Positions 34,655-45,501 of a stretch of DNA of 64,000 nt are shown here, in pieces. The position numbers and the translations under genes are program-made. How positions within the stretch are numbered: position 1 is the stretch's first letter; each line of letters opens with the position of its first letter. The DNA is from an uncultured Phycisphaerales bacterium (GTDB lineage: Bacteria > Planctomycetota > Phycisphaerae > Tepidisphaerales > Tepidisphaeraceae): contig CAVWLP010000002.1 of assembly GCA_963755915.1 (NCBI GenBank), positions 4,224,001-4,288,000 of the forward strand, in the 5' to 3' direction. Below the pieces are notes generated by a model. It was not told where the DNA came from and did not search any database. It saw only the letters and a program-made list of their open reading frames with translations.

Positions 34655-35743
34655 ATGATAAGGCCGTTTTCACTTGTCCTCATGGTGGTCGCTGCTGCGA
34701 TCCACTTCGTCTGTCCCGCGCATGGCGCTTCGGTACTGCTGACCGACGCTCAGCGCGCGAACCTCGCAACATTGATTCAGGATGACACTGAGGCGGCGAC
34801 GCTGTTTAAACCGATTCAAAGCGACGCCGACAAAATTCTCAGCGATCGCCCCAATCCCATTCCGCTGATTCAAACCGAAGGGCGCCTCGCCGGCGATCCC
34901 GTAAAGATGCGCACCTGGCAAAGCCTCGACGACATGAACAAACTCCGAAACCTCTCGTACGCGTGGGCGGTCACCGGCGATGCGCGATACGAGAACAAGA
35001 TTCACCAGTTCCTCATCGCTTGGGCAGCCGCAAACCACTCCGCCGGTGACCCGATTGACGATACGAACCTTGAGCCGGTGATTATCGCCTACGATCTCAC
35101 CCGTCAGACCTTTGAACCCCGCCAGAGGGAGATGATTGATCGCTATCTACGCGGTATTTTCGATGCCGAGGCTAAGACCGGCATCGGTCCCGCGCACACC
35201 ACAGTCAACAACTGGAACAGCCATCGCGTAAAGCTCCTGGGCCTCATCGCCTTCACCCTCGAGAACCGCGCGCTCATTGACTTGGTAACGTCCGCCTATC
35301 AGAAGCAGATTCGGCAGAACATTCTTCCGGACGGGTCATCGATCGATTTTCACGAGCGCGACGCTTTGCACTACCACCTTTACGACATTCAGCCGCTGCT
35401 CACCCTCGCCATCGCCGCCCGTAATAACGGCTACGATTTTTACAACTACAGGTCCCCCACCGGCAGTTCGCTGCCCGGGGCCGTCGCCTTTCTACTCAGT
35501 TTCGCCAACGGCTCGCGGACCCACCTGGAATTCGTCAACTCAACAGTCCCTTTCGACCATCAGCGTGCCGCCAACGGCGAGGGCGAGTACAAATCCCATC
35601 TCTGGAACCCCCACAACGCCATCTCCATTCTTGAACTTGCCGAGCAATTCGATCCCTCGTTGCTTCCCCTCATAGGCAAACTAACCGGCTCAACCGCGAG
35701 CCGTTTTCCGACATGGCAAACCGTGCTCAATAGCGTCAGGTGA
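34655..35743 (+). CDS. Secreted alginate-lyase-family (PF05426-like) protein
   Basis: Signal peptide; NNWNSH and DGSSIDFHERDALHYHLY motifs. Confidence 0.75.
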   Translation: MIRPFSLVLMVVAAAIHFVCPAHGASVLLTDAQRANLATLIQDDTEAATLFKPIQSDADKILSDRPNPIPLIQTEGRLAGDPVKMRTWQSLDDMNKLRNLSYAWAVTGDARYENKIHQFLIAWAAANHSAGDPIDDTNLEPVIIAYDLTRQTFEPRQREMIDRYLRGIFDAEAKTGIGPAHTTVNNWNSHRVKLLGLIAFTLENRALIDLVTSAYQKQIRQNILPDGSSIDFHERDALHYHLYDIQPLLTLAIAARNNGYDFYNYRSPTGSSLPGAVAFLLSFANGSRTHLEFVNSTVPFDHQRAANGEGEYKSHLWNPHNAISILELAEQFDPSLLPLIGKLTGSTASRFPTWQTVLNSVR

Positions 35744-36881
35744 CCACCGCCTGCTTTGCCGTACCAAAGCCGCTGTGGCGGCGGAATTCTGTCGGCGATT
35801 CGCCTACGTGCTTGCGAAACACCACTCCCAGCGGCGTCGCGCTCGTGAAGCCGGACGCGGCAGCCACTTCCTCGATCGACAGCGTCGTGGCAACCAGCAG
35901 TTGCTTGGCTCGCTCCACGTGTGCCCGGCGAATTTCGGACCCGACCGAATGGCCGATGGTCTGCAGAAACCGCCGCTCCAAAGAACGGCGTGAAATCGAC
36001 AGATGCTCGACCACATCATCCACCTGGAGGGGCCTGGCGCAATTCGACTTGATGAACTGCAAGCTCTCCGCAACATACGAATCATCAACGCAGCTCACAT
36101 CCGTTGTCGCCCGTGGCACAACGTACAGAGGCGCAAGCCGTGTCATCAGCGGGGACGCAGTACCGTTGAGTGATTCTTCCAGCAGCCGCGCCGCCTCGAA
36201 GCCGATCTTCGCCGCGGGGATGGCGATGCTGGAAAGCGGGCAGGCGCCGACCATATTTAATAGCTCGTCGTCATCCACGCCCAGAACCGCTGCCTGATCG
36301 GGCACAGTGATCTCAACCTGCCGCGCTGCCGACAAAAGTCGGTGCGCCCACGCATCGTTGCAGCAGAAGATCGCGATCGGCGTGGGCAGACTCGTCAGCC
36401 ACGAGGCAAGCGTCGTCTTATCGGTATCGCATTGATGACACGCAGCGCCCTTGGCGGCCAGTTTTGACTTGAACGCTTCCCCTCGCAGCCGGCCATATTC
36501 GAAACGCCCCGCCGTGCAGAACCCGAAATGCCTAATTCCCAGCGAGAGAAGATATTCCGCCGCCATCTCACCAATGGCAATATCATCAGGCAACACTGTT
36601 GGCACGGCGTGCTCGATGGCGCAATGGTTCGCCACGTTCACCGCCGGCTTGCCCAGTTCACACAGTTTCATCAATAGCTGCGGCGTACGCGCCTGAGTGA
36701 TCAAGCCATCGACTTTCCAATTTTCAATTTGCGGCGCCGCTTCGAAGGCCCAGAAGCGCGGCTCCATCGTGATCTCCCAATGGGGATTCCGATGGCAAAA
36801 CTCCATTACGCCACGGATCACCTCTCGGCCGTACGAGCCAACTGTGTCGATGTCCAAGCCGATTGCCCGTTTGTTTTTCAT
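35736..36881 (-). CDS. XylR-type regulator (periplasmic-binding-protein-like domain plus C-terminal AraC HTH)
   Basis: YGREVIRG, CNDAWA, VLGVDDD, ISRRSLERRF, GESPTEFR. Confidence 0.92.
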   Translation of the reverse strand: MKNKRAIGLDIDTVGSYGREVIRGVMEFCHRNPHWEITMEPRFWAFEAAPQIENWKVDGLITQARTPQLLMKLCELGKPAVNVANHCAIEHAVPTVLPDDIAIGEMAAEYLLSLGIRHFGFCTAGRFEYGRLRGEAFKSKLAAKGAACHQCDTDKTTLASWLTSLPTPIAIFCCNDAWAHRLLSAARQVEITVPDQAAVLGVDDDELLNMVGACPLSSIAIPAAKIGFEAARLLEESLNGTASPLMTRLAPLYVVPRATTDVSCVDDSYVAESLQFIKSNCARPLQVDDVVEHLSISRRSLERRFLQTIGHSVGSEIRRAHVERAKQLLVATTLSIEEVAAASGFTSATPLGVVFRKHVGESPTEFRRHSGFGTAKQAVVT

Positions 36882-37173
36882 GGCCATTGCGCACTTTTAT
36901 TATACCACAATTTGCCGCAAATTCGAGAGGAATCAATCTAATTCCGCCCATTGCAATGTAAGTAGTTATTCAGCAGCATTTTATGGCACAAAACGACAGC
37001 TCGAAGCAAAAGTACACCCGGGACTGATTGGGCTGTCGTAAAATCTAGAAACTTTGGCGATAAATCGCGCAGCCGCCTCCCGAATCTGGTGGAATACTTC
37101 ATCACGTTAACGAGCACCAGGCCCAAATCATTTCCAGCCGGATTGCTCTGAGTCTTCCATCGAGGAGAAAACG

Positions 37174-38251
37174 ATGATCACGCGGAGATCAGAGGTTTGC
37201 GGAGAACAATCCAGGAGCTCGACGCCTTCAGCATTCACTTTGGTCGAACTGCTGGTAGTAATCGGCATCATCGCAATCTTGATCAGCCTGCTTCTACCCG
37301 CTCTGAACCGGGCTCGCCGACAAGCGGCCACAGTGGAGTGCGGTAGCAACATGCGGCAGATAGCGCTGGCCGTATTGAACTACACCAACGACAACGGCGG
37401 ACATCTCATGCCCGCGCTCATTTGGCCTGTGCCGCCAGCTCAGAGCGGAGGCCTCAGTCCGTATGCTGATGGATTCTTTTGGGCCGCCGAGCTTGTCCAT
37501 CAGCACTACATCAGCGCCGAATTGTCAGCATCAGCCGCCGCCAAATGAAAACAACGCCGCCCCCCCGCCAAATGTATCCTCCGTCTTTGAATGTCCCGAA
37601 GGCTTTACGCCCGACGAAACCGGCCCCCTCGATAACGGGCAGTCGTTCAACTACGGTACCTATCCTACCGACCCACACAACAACGACTGGTGCTATTGCA
37701 TCGACGACGATCCCAGAGGCGATGGCCAGCAACCTTATGGCACGGCCACATGGTATGAGTTAAATGACCGCCTCACCGGCTACACTTCCAATTACACCAA
37801 CAGCGGCGCTTTCAATTGCCCGTTCGTTTATTTCCAGGCCGGCACCGACAGCCTCGGGCAGACCGAGCTCCAAAATATTCGCAATCCCAATTACAGCCGC
37901 ACCATCAGCATGATCAGGCACAGCAGCATGATGGTCATGGTCTCCGAAGCCGCCTGCATCGACTGGGTAAGCCAGACCCCCTCCACCGTCAATGGAGTTA
38001 CGCATTACGCTCCACGCTTAGGCGCACGGCATGGTCAGAAAACCAAGGACGGAACAAATGCCTACACCAACGTCGCCTATTTCGATGGCCATGTGGAGCT
38101 TATCCCCACATACCCGATTGACAGCGACTCCGGAAACCAGTTGGGAACCGTGCCCGGCCTCCAACCTCTCAGCAGCGGCAGCATAGACGGTATTTCAGCG
38201 CAGTTTCAATCGACCGGCACGATCTTCACTCTCTGGCAGGACCGGCGATAA
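37174..38251 (+). CDS. Prepilin-type N-terminal cleavage / DUF1559-like protein (apparent frameshift at ~37516)
   Basis: [34 protein letters not shown] and C-terminal RHG...NVAYFDGHV. Confidence 0.88.
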
Positions 38252-38369
38252 ACGCGCGTGCGACATTCTCCCTTTCGCGGGCGGTGGTTAAACCTGTTAA
38301 GCACAGTCGCTTGAGCCGCTTCAGAAACGCCACATTGCGGGGGAAAACGATCGATATCGTGAGCAGCGA

Positions 38370-40567
38370 ATGCATTATTTTCTGAGGTGTCTCTTGATCA
38401 CTAGTGGTGTTCTTTCCGCACTCGCAAGCGATGCAGCGACTGCGCGGGCCGCGCAGAAGCCGGTCTTTGTCGATCTTTCCCGGCCCCTGTACCTCGACCC
38501 GGCGCAGCCGATCGATGCGCGCGTCGACGATCTGCTGGCGCGGATGTCGCTCGACGACAAAATCGCAATCATCCACGGAGATTCAAAGTTTTCGACTGCG
38601 GCGATCCCGCGCCTGGGCATCCCGCAGCGCTGGCTTTCCGATGGCCCGCATGGAGTTCGCGAACAGGTCAGCCATGACACCTGGGACGCAAACGGCGACA
38701 GCGACGATTTCTCCACCTGGCTTCCTGTTCTGCTCAACCTCGCCGCCACCTGGGACCCTTCGCTCGCCTACACCTATGGACAAACCATCGGCGAGGAAGC
38801 ACGCAAGCGCGGCAAACAGATCATGCTTGGACCCAGTGTTAACATCCAACGCACTCCTCTATGCGGCCGCAATTTCGAATATATGGGCGAAGACCCATTT
38901 CTTGCTTCGCGGATGGCCGTCCAATACATCCGGGGCGAGCAATCGCAGGGCGTCTCAGCGTGCGTTAAACATTTCGCCGCGAACAATCAGGAAATTCAGC
39001 GGCACACAATCGACGTGGAGATGGATGAACGTGCATTGCAAGAAATTTATCTTCCTGCCTTCAAAGCCGCGGTCCAGGAAGGTGATGTCTGGTGCGTAAT
39101 GGGAGCTTACAACAAATTCCGCGGGCAATACTGTAGCCAAAACGAATACCTGCTCAACGAAGTCTTGAAAAAGGAATGGGGGTTTCGTGGACTTGTGGTC
39201 TCGGACTGGAATGCCACCCACGACACTCTCGAAGCTGCCCAGAACGGCCTGGATTTAGAAATGGGGACGGAAAACAAATCGTACGATCACTACTATCTGG
39301 CCGATCCCTTGGCGGAGCTGATACGCCGCGGCGAAATCCCAATGTCGATTTTGGATGATAAAGTCCGCCGGAATCTGCGCGTAATGTTCGCCACACACAT
39401 GTTCGATGATCTGGCGGCGTGGGACGCCGCCGGAAGATTGAACACGAACGAGCACCAAGTCACAGGCGCAAGGTTGCCGAAGAGGGAATCGTGCTTCTCA
39501 AGAACGATTCGAATTTCCTCCCGCTCGACCCCGCGAGGCTGAGATCCATCGCTGTCATAGGCGAAAATGCCACCCGAACCTTCGCCAATGCGGGCGGTAG
39601 CGCCAAGATCAAATCGCTGTATGAAATCACGTCGCTCCAGGGCCTTCTGAACCGCGTTGGACAAACAGTTGATATCAACTACTCCATCGGATACTCGCGC
39701 AAAGGTACTGCAGATGAGATGATCGGCCGCGCCGTACACACGGCGTCCGAGTCGGATGTCGTCATACTTGTGGCGGGGTTAAGCCACGATAAATTCCATG
39801 ACGAGGAAGGGAGTGATCGCAAAGACCTGCGGCTGCCTTATCGCCAGGACGAATTGATTGAACAGGTTGTCAAAGCAAATCCGCGAACGGTTGTCGTGCT
39901 CATCGATGGCGGCGCCGTTGAGATGGACCCCTGGATCGATCAAGTCCCGGCCATCCTTCAAGCCTGGTATCCGGGCATGGAAGGCGGTAACGCGATCGCC
40001 GCCATTCTTTTCGGCGATGTAAACCCCTCTGGCAAGCTCCCCTTCACCTTCCCGCGGAAACTTGCCGATTCCCCTGCCCACGCCCTCAAAGCCTACCCCG
40101 GCGAAAACGGTGTCGTTCGCTACAGCGAAGGTTTACTCGTCGGCTACCGGTGGTTCGATACTAAACAGATCGAGCCCCTTTTTCCTTTCGGCTTCGGCCT
40201 CTCCTATACCACGTTCGCCTACTCCAACATGAATATCATTCCCGGCTCCAATCCCTCCGCACCCATCGTGACCGTTTCTTGCGATATCACGAACACCGGT
40301 CATCGCCAAGGGCAGGAAGTCGTGCAGCTTTACATCCACCAAGGGCATCCAAGTCTCGCTCGTCCCGAAAAGGAATTGAAAGGCTTCGCTAAGATCTCAT
40401 TGAGACCGGGCGAAACCGATAAAATCTCAATCCCGCTTACGCGCGAAGCCTTTTCGTTCTATGATCCCGCGCGAAAGGCGTGGGTGGCCGAAAAAGACGA
40501 CTTTACCATCATGCTTGGCAGCTCAAGCCGCGAAATCCGCCTCAGCGACCGATGGTCGCTTCCATAA
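38370..40567 (+). CDS. GH3 beta-glucosidase-like protein with Fn3-like domain (apparent frameshift at ~39466)
   Basis: SDGPHGVR, GRNFEYMGEDP, KHFAAN, VSDW, VLLKN, PFGFGLSYT, ELKGFAK. Confidence 0.93.
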
Positions 40568-40757
40568 ACGCTCGTCAACCCATAACTGCTTCCGCCTGTG
40601 CCCACGGAAGTATGAAGCCGAGGCCGGCGCAATCATTGCCTTTGGCTTTGAGAAGCTTCACCTCTACAAAAGGCGATCGTTTTCGCCGACGCGATTTGCA
40701 CGATTACGGGCGACGTTCCGCGCGGCGATTTCTTCGTCGGCGACTAACCAAGCCGCG

Positions 40758-41922
40758 TCATTTCGCCAAATTCCCCAACCGCGCGTCCATCGCGTACCAA
40801 AATCGCCGACCCTCGGGCGTTTGCATATCTGCCATGAGCCATAGGGTTCGCGCGATTGAGGCGTTGTCGATCGCATCGACGGGGGGCTTGTTCGTCCAGG
40901 AATCAAATTCATAATCGGCATTGTTCGTCGCCCGGAGAAGAAAATGCCGATCGCCGGTCGCGCGGAACATTTCCAGATCGGCCTCCGCCATTAAATGGGC
41001 CCATTTCACGGGATCGCGGTAGGCGCCGATGCGCCGATCGAGAAACCAGTCGGCCGAAAACGCCGATTGGCGGGCTTCCGACAAATAGGCTTGATTGCCC
41101 GTGGCGCGATAGAGTCCCAGAAGAGCACGGATCATCAGCGCGGTATTGTAGGTGAGTTTGGCATGATTTATTTTGCTGGAGCTCACGACGATGGAATCGA
41201 AATAGAGCCCGTCACGGTCGCGAAAATGGCGATCGGTCCAGGCAACGATTTGTTCGGCCCTGGCAACGAACCCGCACCGATTGCCGCGGAAGATATGAGG
41301 CGATTCGCAGACAGCCCACGGCCGCGGGTGCGTTGGCGCAGACATTTTTGGAATCCCCCTTGTGGCCAGCGTGCCACCAGATTCCACCGCCGAGCGCGTC
41401 GTCCCATCCAGAGAGAACGAAATCGAGGCATTCCTTTGCCCGGTCGAAATAGCGGCGGTCGCCGGTTAACTGGTAGGCTTCGGTGAAGGTAAGGACCATC
41501 CACGCGTTGTCGTCATAGTATCGGTCGTCGTTTCCGCTGCGCGGCGGCCACGGCTCGAAGCCGGCAGGCGAGGTCCGCGCATCCCAATAGGCGTTGAGGG
41601 CGACGAAGAAGCGATTCATGACGGGCAAATAATCAGCCGGATCATGACGCGCCGCGCCGACCAGGGCCGGGAACATCACCCCGTTGCCCCACATGAAATC
41701 GATGTCGTTGCTGCCGATTTTTCCGCGGTAAAGCCCGCCCGGCAACGCAAAATGATTGTCGATATATTTGGTAACCGTCTGGGCGGCGGCAACATAATCG
41801 ATTCGCTGGTTGGATGGTCTTGTAAGGGCGGTGACGCCGTTTTCGTCGGCAGCCGCATAAGGCGAAGCCGTGCAAATCGCCAGAATAATCAGGTTTCCAA
41901 GCTGGACCATCCGCAGCATCAT
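40758..41922 (-). CDS. GH76-like glycoside hydrolase (apparent frameshift at ~41273)
   Basis: Signal peptide; YYDDNAW, GGGIWW, SKNVCANAP and TYNT motifs. Confidence 0.85.
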
Positions 41923-42046
41923 CGCGTCTCCTGGGCACTCATCGATCCGCCACTTCCTATCCCGCGCCTATACTTGGCCGCGGGCTATAATATCCGCGTC
42001 TCGCGCGGATGGATTGCAACGGCACGCAAGGATAGGAGTTTGTTGG

Positions 42047-43330
42047 ATGATTGCCGCACCGATTCCCGTTAACGAGGCCGAGCGCCTCGCCGAATTACAG
42101 GCTTTGAAAATTCTCGATACGCCTTCCGAATCGCGGTTCGATCGTATCGTCGAATTGGCTGCCCGGGTCTTTAATGTTCCGATCGCCTACGTCGCGATGG
42201 TCGATGCCAATAGGCAGTGGTTCAAATCGCGCAAGGGCCTGGAAGTGGCGGAAAATCCGCGCGGCGTTTCGTTCTGTTCCCACACCATCCTCCAGGATGG
42301 GCCGCTGGTCATCGACGATGCCCTGCTCGATCCACGGTTTTGCGACAGCCCGCTGGTCCTTGGCGAGCCGTATGTGCGGTTTTATGCGGGGCATCCGCTG
42401 AGGGCGCCGGGCGGCTCGAAAGTCGGCACGCTTTGTCTGGCCGACCACACGCCGCGCACGCTCACCGATAGCGATCTGGAACTTCTGAAGCGCCTTGCCG
42501 CCATGGCCGAGCACGAACTGGGGATGGTGAGCCTCATCCGCTCGCAGCGCGAGCTTCTGGAAACAAAGACGCAGTTGATCGAAGCGCAGACGCGCCTGGC
42601 GCATGAATTGTCCGAAGCGGCCGAATACGTGAAGTCGCTTCTGCCCCAGCCGCTGAGTGGATCGATCCGCTCCAACTGGCAGTTCGTCAGCTCATCGGCC
42701 CTGGGGGGCGATTTCTTCGGACACCGCTGGCTCAACGAGAATTGCCTGGCCATCTTTTTGCTCGACGTCATGGGCCACGGCGTCGGGGCGGCGCTTCTAT
42801 CGACATCCGTCGAATCGGTTCTTCGCGGCGGGCCGATCGCCAACATCGCCCTGGACGATCCGGCGGCTGTGATCAAAACCCTCAACCTCGCCTTTCCAAT
42901 GCAGGACAACGACCAGCGTTTCTTCAGCATGTGGTATGGCGTCTACGACCGCCGCGACCGTACGCTGACCTTTACCAACGCCGGCCATCCGCCCGCCCTT
43001 CTGGTCCACGGACACAAGTCTTCAAGCCCGACGATCCACCGGCTCGGCGCCACCGGAACCATGGTCGGCGCCATCCCCGATTCTCATTTCACGTCCCGGC
43101 GAATCCCTGTTCCGCACCACTCGCGGCTCTACCTCTACAGCGACGGCGCTTACGAACTTACAACCCCGGATGGCGGAATGCTTGCCGTCGAAGATCTCGA
43201 AGCGATCATCACCCGCGTCTCATCGAACGACACCCCGCAGACCGCCGAAATCCTCCGCCTCATCCGGGAGGCCCATGGGCATGCCGAATTTCAGGATGAT
43301 GTATCGCTGCTTGAAGTGGAGTTTGACTAA
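42047..43330 (+). CDS. GAF plus PP2C/SpoIIE (RsbU-like) phosphatase
   Basis: GAF (RFYAGHPL, GTLCL), GGDFF, DVMGHG, NAGHPP, YSDG, DDVSLL. AGGAG RBS. Confidence 0.92.
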   Translation: MIAAPIPVNEAERLAELQALKILDTPSESRFDRIVELAARVFNVPIAYVAMVDANRQWFKSRKGLEVAENPRGVSFCSHTILQDGPLVIDDALLDPRFCDSPLVLGEPYVRFYAGHPLRAPGGSKVGTLCLADHTPRTLTDSDLELLKRLAAMAEHELGMVSLIRSQRELLETKTQLIEAQTRLAHELSEAAEYVKSLLPQPLSGSIRSNWQFVSSSALGGDFFGHRWLNENCLAIFLLDVMGHGVGAALLSTSVESVLRGGPIANIALDDPAAVIKTLNLAFPMQDNDQRFFSMWYGVYDRRDRTLTFTNAGHPPALLVHGHKSSSPTIHRLGATGTMVGAIPDSHFTSRRIPVPHHSRLYLYSDGAYELTTPDGGMLAVEDLEAIITRVSSNDTPQTAEILRLIREAHGHAEFQDDVSLLEVEFD

Positions 43331-43364
43331 ACAGGAATGCAAAATGATTGCCGTCATTTCTGTA

Positions 43365-43404
43365 ACCCCTCTCCCGGTACTCCGGGAGAGGGTTGGGGTG
43401 AGGG
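43365..43404. repeat. REP-like palindrome CCCTCTCCCGG-TACT-CCGGGAGAGGG-TTGGGGTGAGGG
   Basis: Perfect 11-bp stem (43367-43392) with the G-rich tail typical of a common intergenic repeat class. Confidence 0.8.
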
Positions 43405-43432
43405 CCGTGAGCGAATCACAAAGAAAAATAGA

Positions 43433-43487
43433 TCGCGCAGAGGCGCAGAGCACGCAGAGAATTTGCATCCCAAGCTCCGCGCCTCTG
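43433..43487. repeat. Second palindromic repeat (TCGCGCAGAGGCGCAGAG...CTCCGCGCCTCTG|CGCGA), right arm split by the intron
   Basis: Left arm 43433-43450. Right arm is 43475-43487 plus 45461-45465; 17 of 18 positions are complementary once the intron is removed. Confidence 0.85.
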
Positions 43488-45460
43488 GTGCGTCAGTGAA
43501 ACCGGTTTTGTCTTGTGAACTGAAAGGAGTTCACCATGGAATGACCCGTTAGCCGTGTAGCCGCCCGGGCGTGACGACGGAGCAATCGGTCGCGCGAAGC
43601 CCCGGAAGGCGAAGGCGCGAGCCGTAGCGTTAAGCGAACCCAAACCAGCCTCGTTACGCCAATGGGAGTGGCCAACCCGTCAGAGAGGGCCAAGCCGGCG
43701 CGGACGATGAAGCAGCGGGTGCGAGCAATCGTCCGGCTCCTCGGGGTCGATGGGGACGGCGCGTGCCGACAGACAAGATCGGGAACTGAGAGACCCCACG
43801 CATCGTTGTGCGGCTCGTTGGAAAGACATAACCAAGGGACGGGAAGCGTGGGGAGTCGGATGGGCTCATAGTAGCTGAGAAGCGGGGTAATGCCCGTGAG
43901 CGGAGGCGAAGCCTGCCGCGAGCCAAGGAGCCCTGACGGTATCGAGCGGAAGTAAGAAGAAGAGAGGCCCGCTTGCAGGGACAACCTGACAGTACGGATG
44001 ATCCGACAGACTTGCCGGAGCACCTGAGGGTGAACTCCAGGGGTCTGCCGGGGAAAGTCTTTCTTCTGAGACAGAAGCTATACCTCAAAGCCAAGCGGGA
44101 ACCGGGGTTTCGGTTTTACACCTTGTACGACCGGATCTGCCGGCGCGATGTTCTGGAAGCGGCGTGGGACCGGGTGTCCGCCAACGGCGGGGCGCCCGGC
44201 TTGGACGGGGTGAGCATCGAGAAGGTGCAAAACTCCGAGCACGGCGTCAGTGGATTCCTGAGCGAGATCGAAGAATCGCTCAAGACCCGCACCTACCGCC
44301 CGCAGCCGGTGAAGCGCGTGTACATTCCCAAAGCCAACGGCAAGCGGCGTCCATTGGGCATCCCCACGATCCGAGATCGCGTGGTGCAGATGGCGGTGCT
44401 GCTGCTCATCGAGCCGATCTTCGAGGCGGATTTCCTGGACTGTTCGTATGGATTCCGTCCCGGTCGCTCGGCTCACGATGCGCTGGAGGCGATCAAGCAA
44501 AACCTCCAGCAGGGCCGAAGGGAAGTGTATGACGCGGATTTGCAGTCGTACTTCGACACGATTCCCCATGAGAAACTGATGGCGTGTGTCCAGAAGCGGA
44601 TCACGGACGGAAGCGTGCTGAAGCTGATCCGGATGTGGCTGAAGGCGGTGATCGTCGAAGAAGGCGAGAAGCCCGGCGATCCACCGAAAGTCACCCGGAG
44701 CAAACAGGGAACGCCGCAGGGCGGAGTGATCTCGCCGCTGCTGGCCAACCTATATCTGCACTGGTTTGATAAATTGTTCCACCGATCCGATGGCCCGCAT
44801 CGCTGGGCGAACGCCCGGCTGATCCGGTACGCCGACGACTTTGTCATCATGGCAAGGTATATAGGCCCTCAGATCAAGCAGTTCGTGGAACGCACGCTGC
44901 AAGGCCGGTTTGATCTGACGATCAACACCGACAAGACCCGCACGGTGAAGTTGAAAGAGCCGGGCGAAAGTCTGAACTTTCTCGGGTACAGGTTCCGGTA
45001 CGACCGGAGCCTGCAAGGCGGGCCGGGGCGTTATCTGAACCTCTGTCCTTCGAGCAAGTCGATGCAGCGTGAGCGGGACAAATTGCGGGAGATGACCGGA
45101 CCCGAAGCAGGCTTTGTGCCCATCCCGGCGTTGATCGTACAGATCAACGAGCACCTGAGAGGATGGGCCAACTACTTCGGCAAAGGCTATCCGCGCAAGG
45201 CGTTCCGTCAGATCAACCGATTTGTGCAGGAGCGACTGGAACGACACCTTAAACGTCGCAGCCAGCGTCCGTTCCGTGTGCGCGGAGCGAGGAGCTGGTA
45301 CGAACAGTTGCAGCGTCTGGGCCTCATCAGCCTGCGACCTGTTCCGACCGTGAATGCTTGAGAAGAACAATACCGTGAGAGCCGGATGCGGGAAACCCGC
45401 TCGTCCGGTTCGAAGAGGGAGAGCTGAGCGGCAATCGGGTCGTTCAGTTCTCTACTCTAC
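43488..45460 (+). mobile_element. Group II intron (AGC-triad D5, non-IIC; tentatively bacterial class E/F type)
   Basis: 5' GTGCG; D5 GAGCCGGATGCGGGAAACCCGCTCGTCCGGTTC; D6 ending CTACTCTAC; flanks rejoin into a palindrome. Confidence 0.92.
43973..45361 (+). CDS. ltrA: Group II intron reverse transcriptase/maturase, no endonuclease domain
   Basis: [44 protein letters not shown] and X domain LRGWANYF. The exact start is uncertain. Confidence 0.95.
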   Translation: MQGQPDSTDDPTDLPEHLRVNSRGLPGKVFLLRQKLYLKAKREPGFRFYTLYDRICRRDVLEAAWDRVSANGGAPGLDGVSIEKVQNSEHGVSGFLSEIEESLKTRTYRPQPVKRVYIPKANGKRRPLGIPTIRDRVVQMAVLLLIEPIFEADFLDCSYGFRPGRSAHDALEAIKQNLQQGRREVYDADLQSYFDTIPHEKLMACVQKRITDGSVLKLIRMWLKAVIVEEGEKPGDPPKVTRSKQGTPQGGVISPLLANLYLHWFDKLFHRSDGPHRWANARLIRYADDFVIMARYIGPQIKQFVERTLQGRFDLTINTDKTRTVKLKEPGESLNFLGYRFRYDRSLQGGPGRYLNLCPSSKSMQRERDKLREMTGPEAGFVPIPALIVQINEHLRGWANYFGKGYPRKAFRQINRFVQERLERHLKRRSQRPFRVRGARSWYEQLQRLGLISLRPVPTVNA

Positions 45461-45501
45461 CGCGAAACCTCTTTGTCCTTATAATTCTTGAACTGTCGCC
45501 C

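Noticed and set aside
7-41338. DGR template/variable repeat pair using the nearby RT
   Set aside because: Mismatches between the GH76 copies are of mixed types, largely at third positions and not adenine-specific. The RT is embedded in a full group II intron.
43973-45361. Retron, Abi or other defence RT
   Set aside because: It has maturase domain X, GTGCG/AC boundaries and canonical D5/D6.
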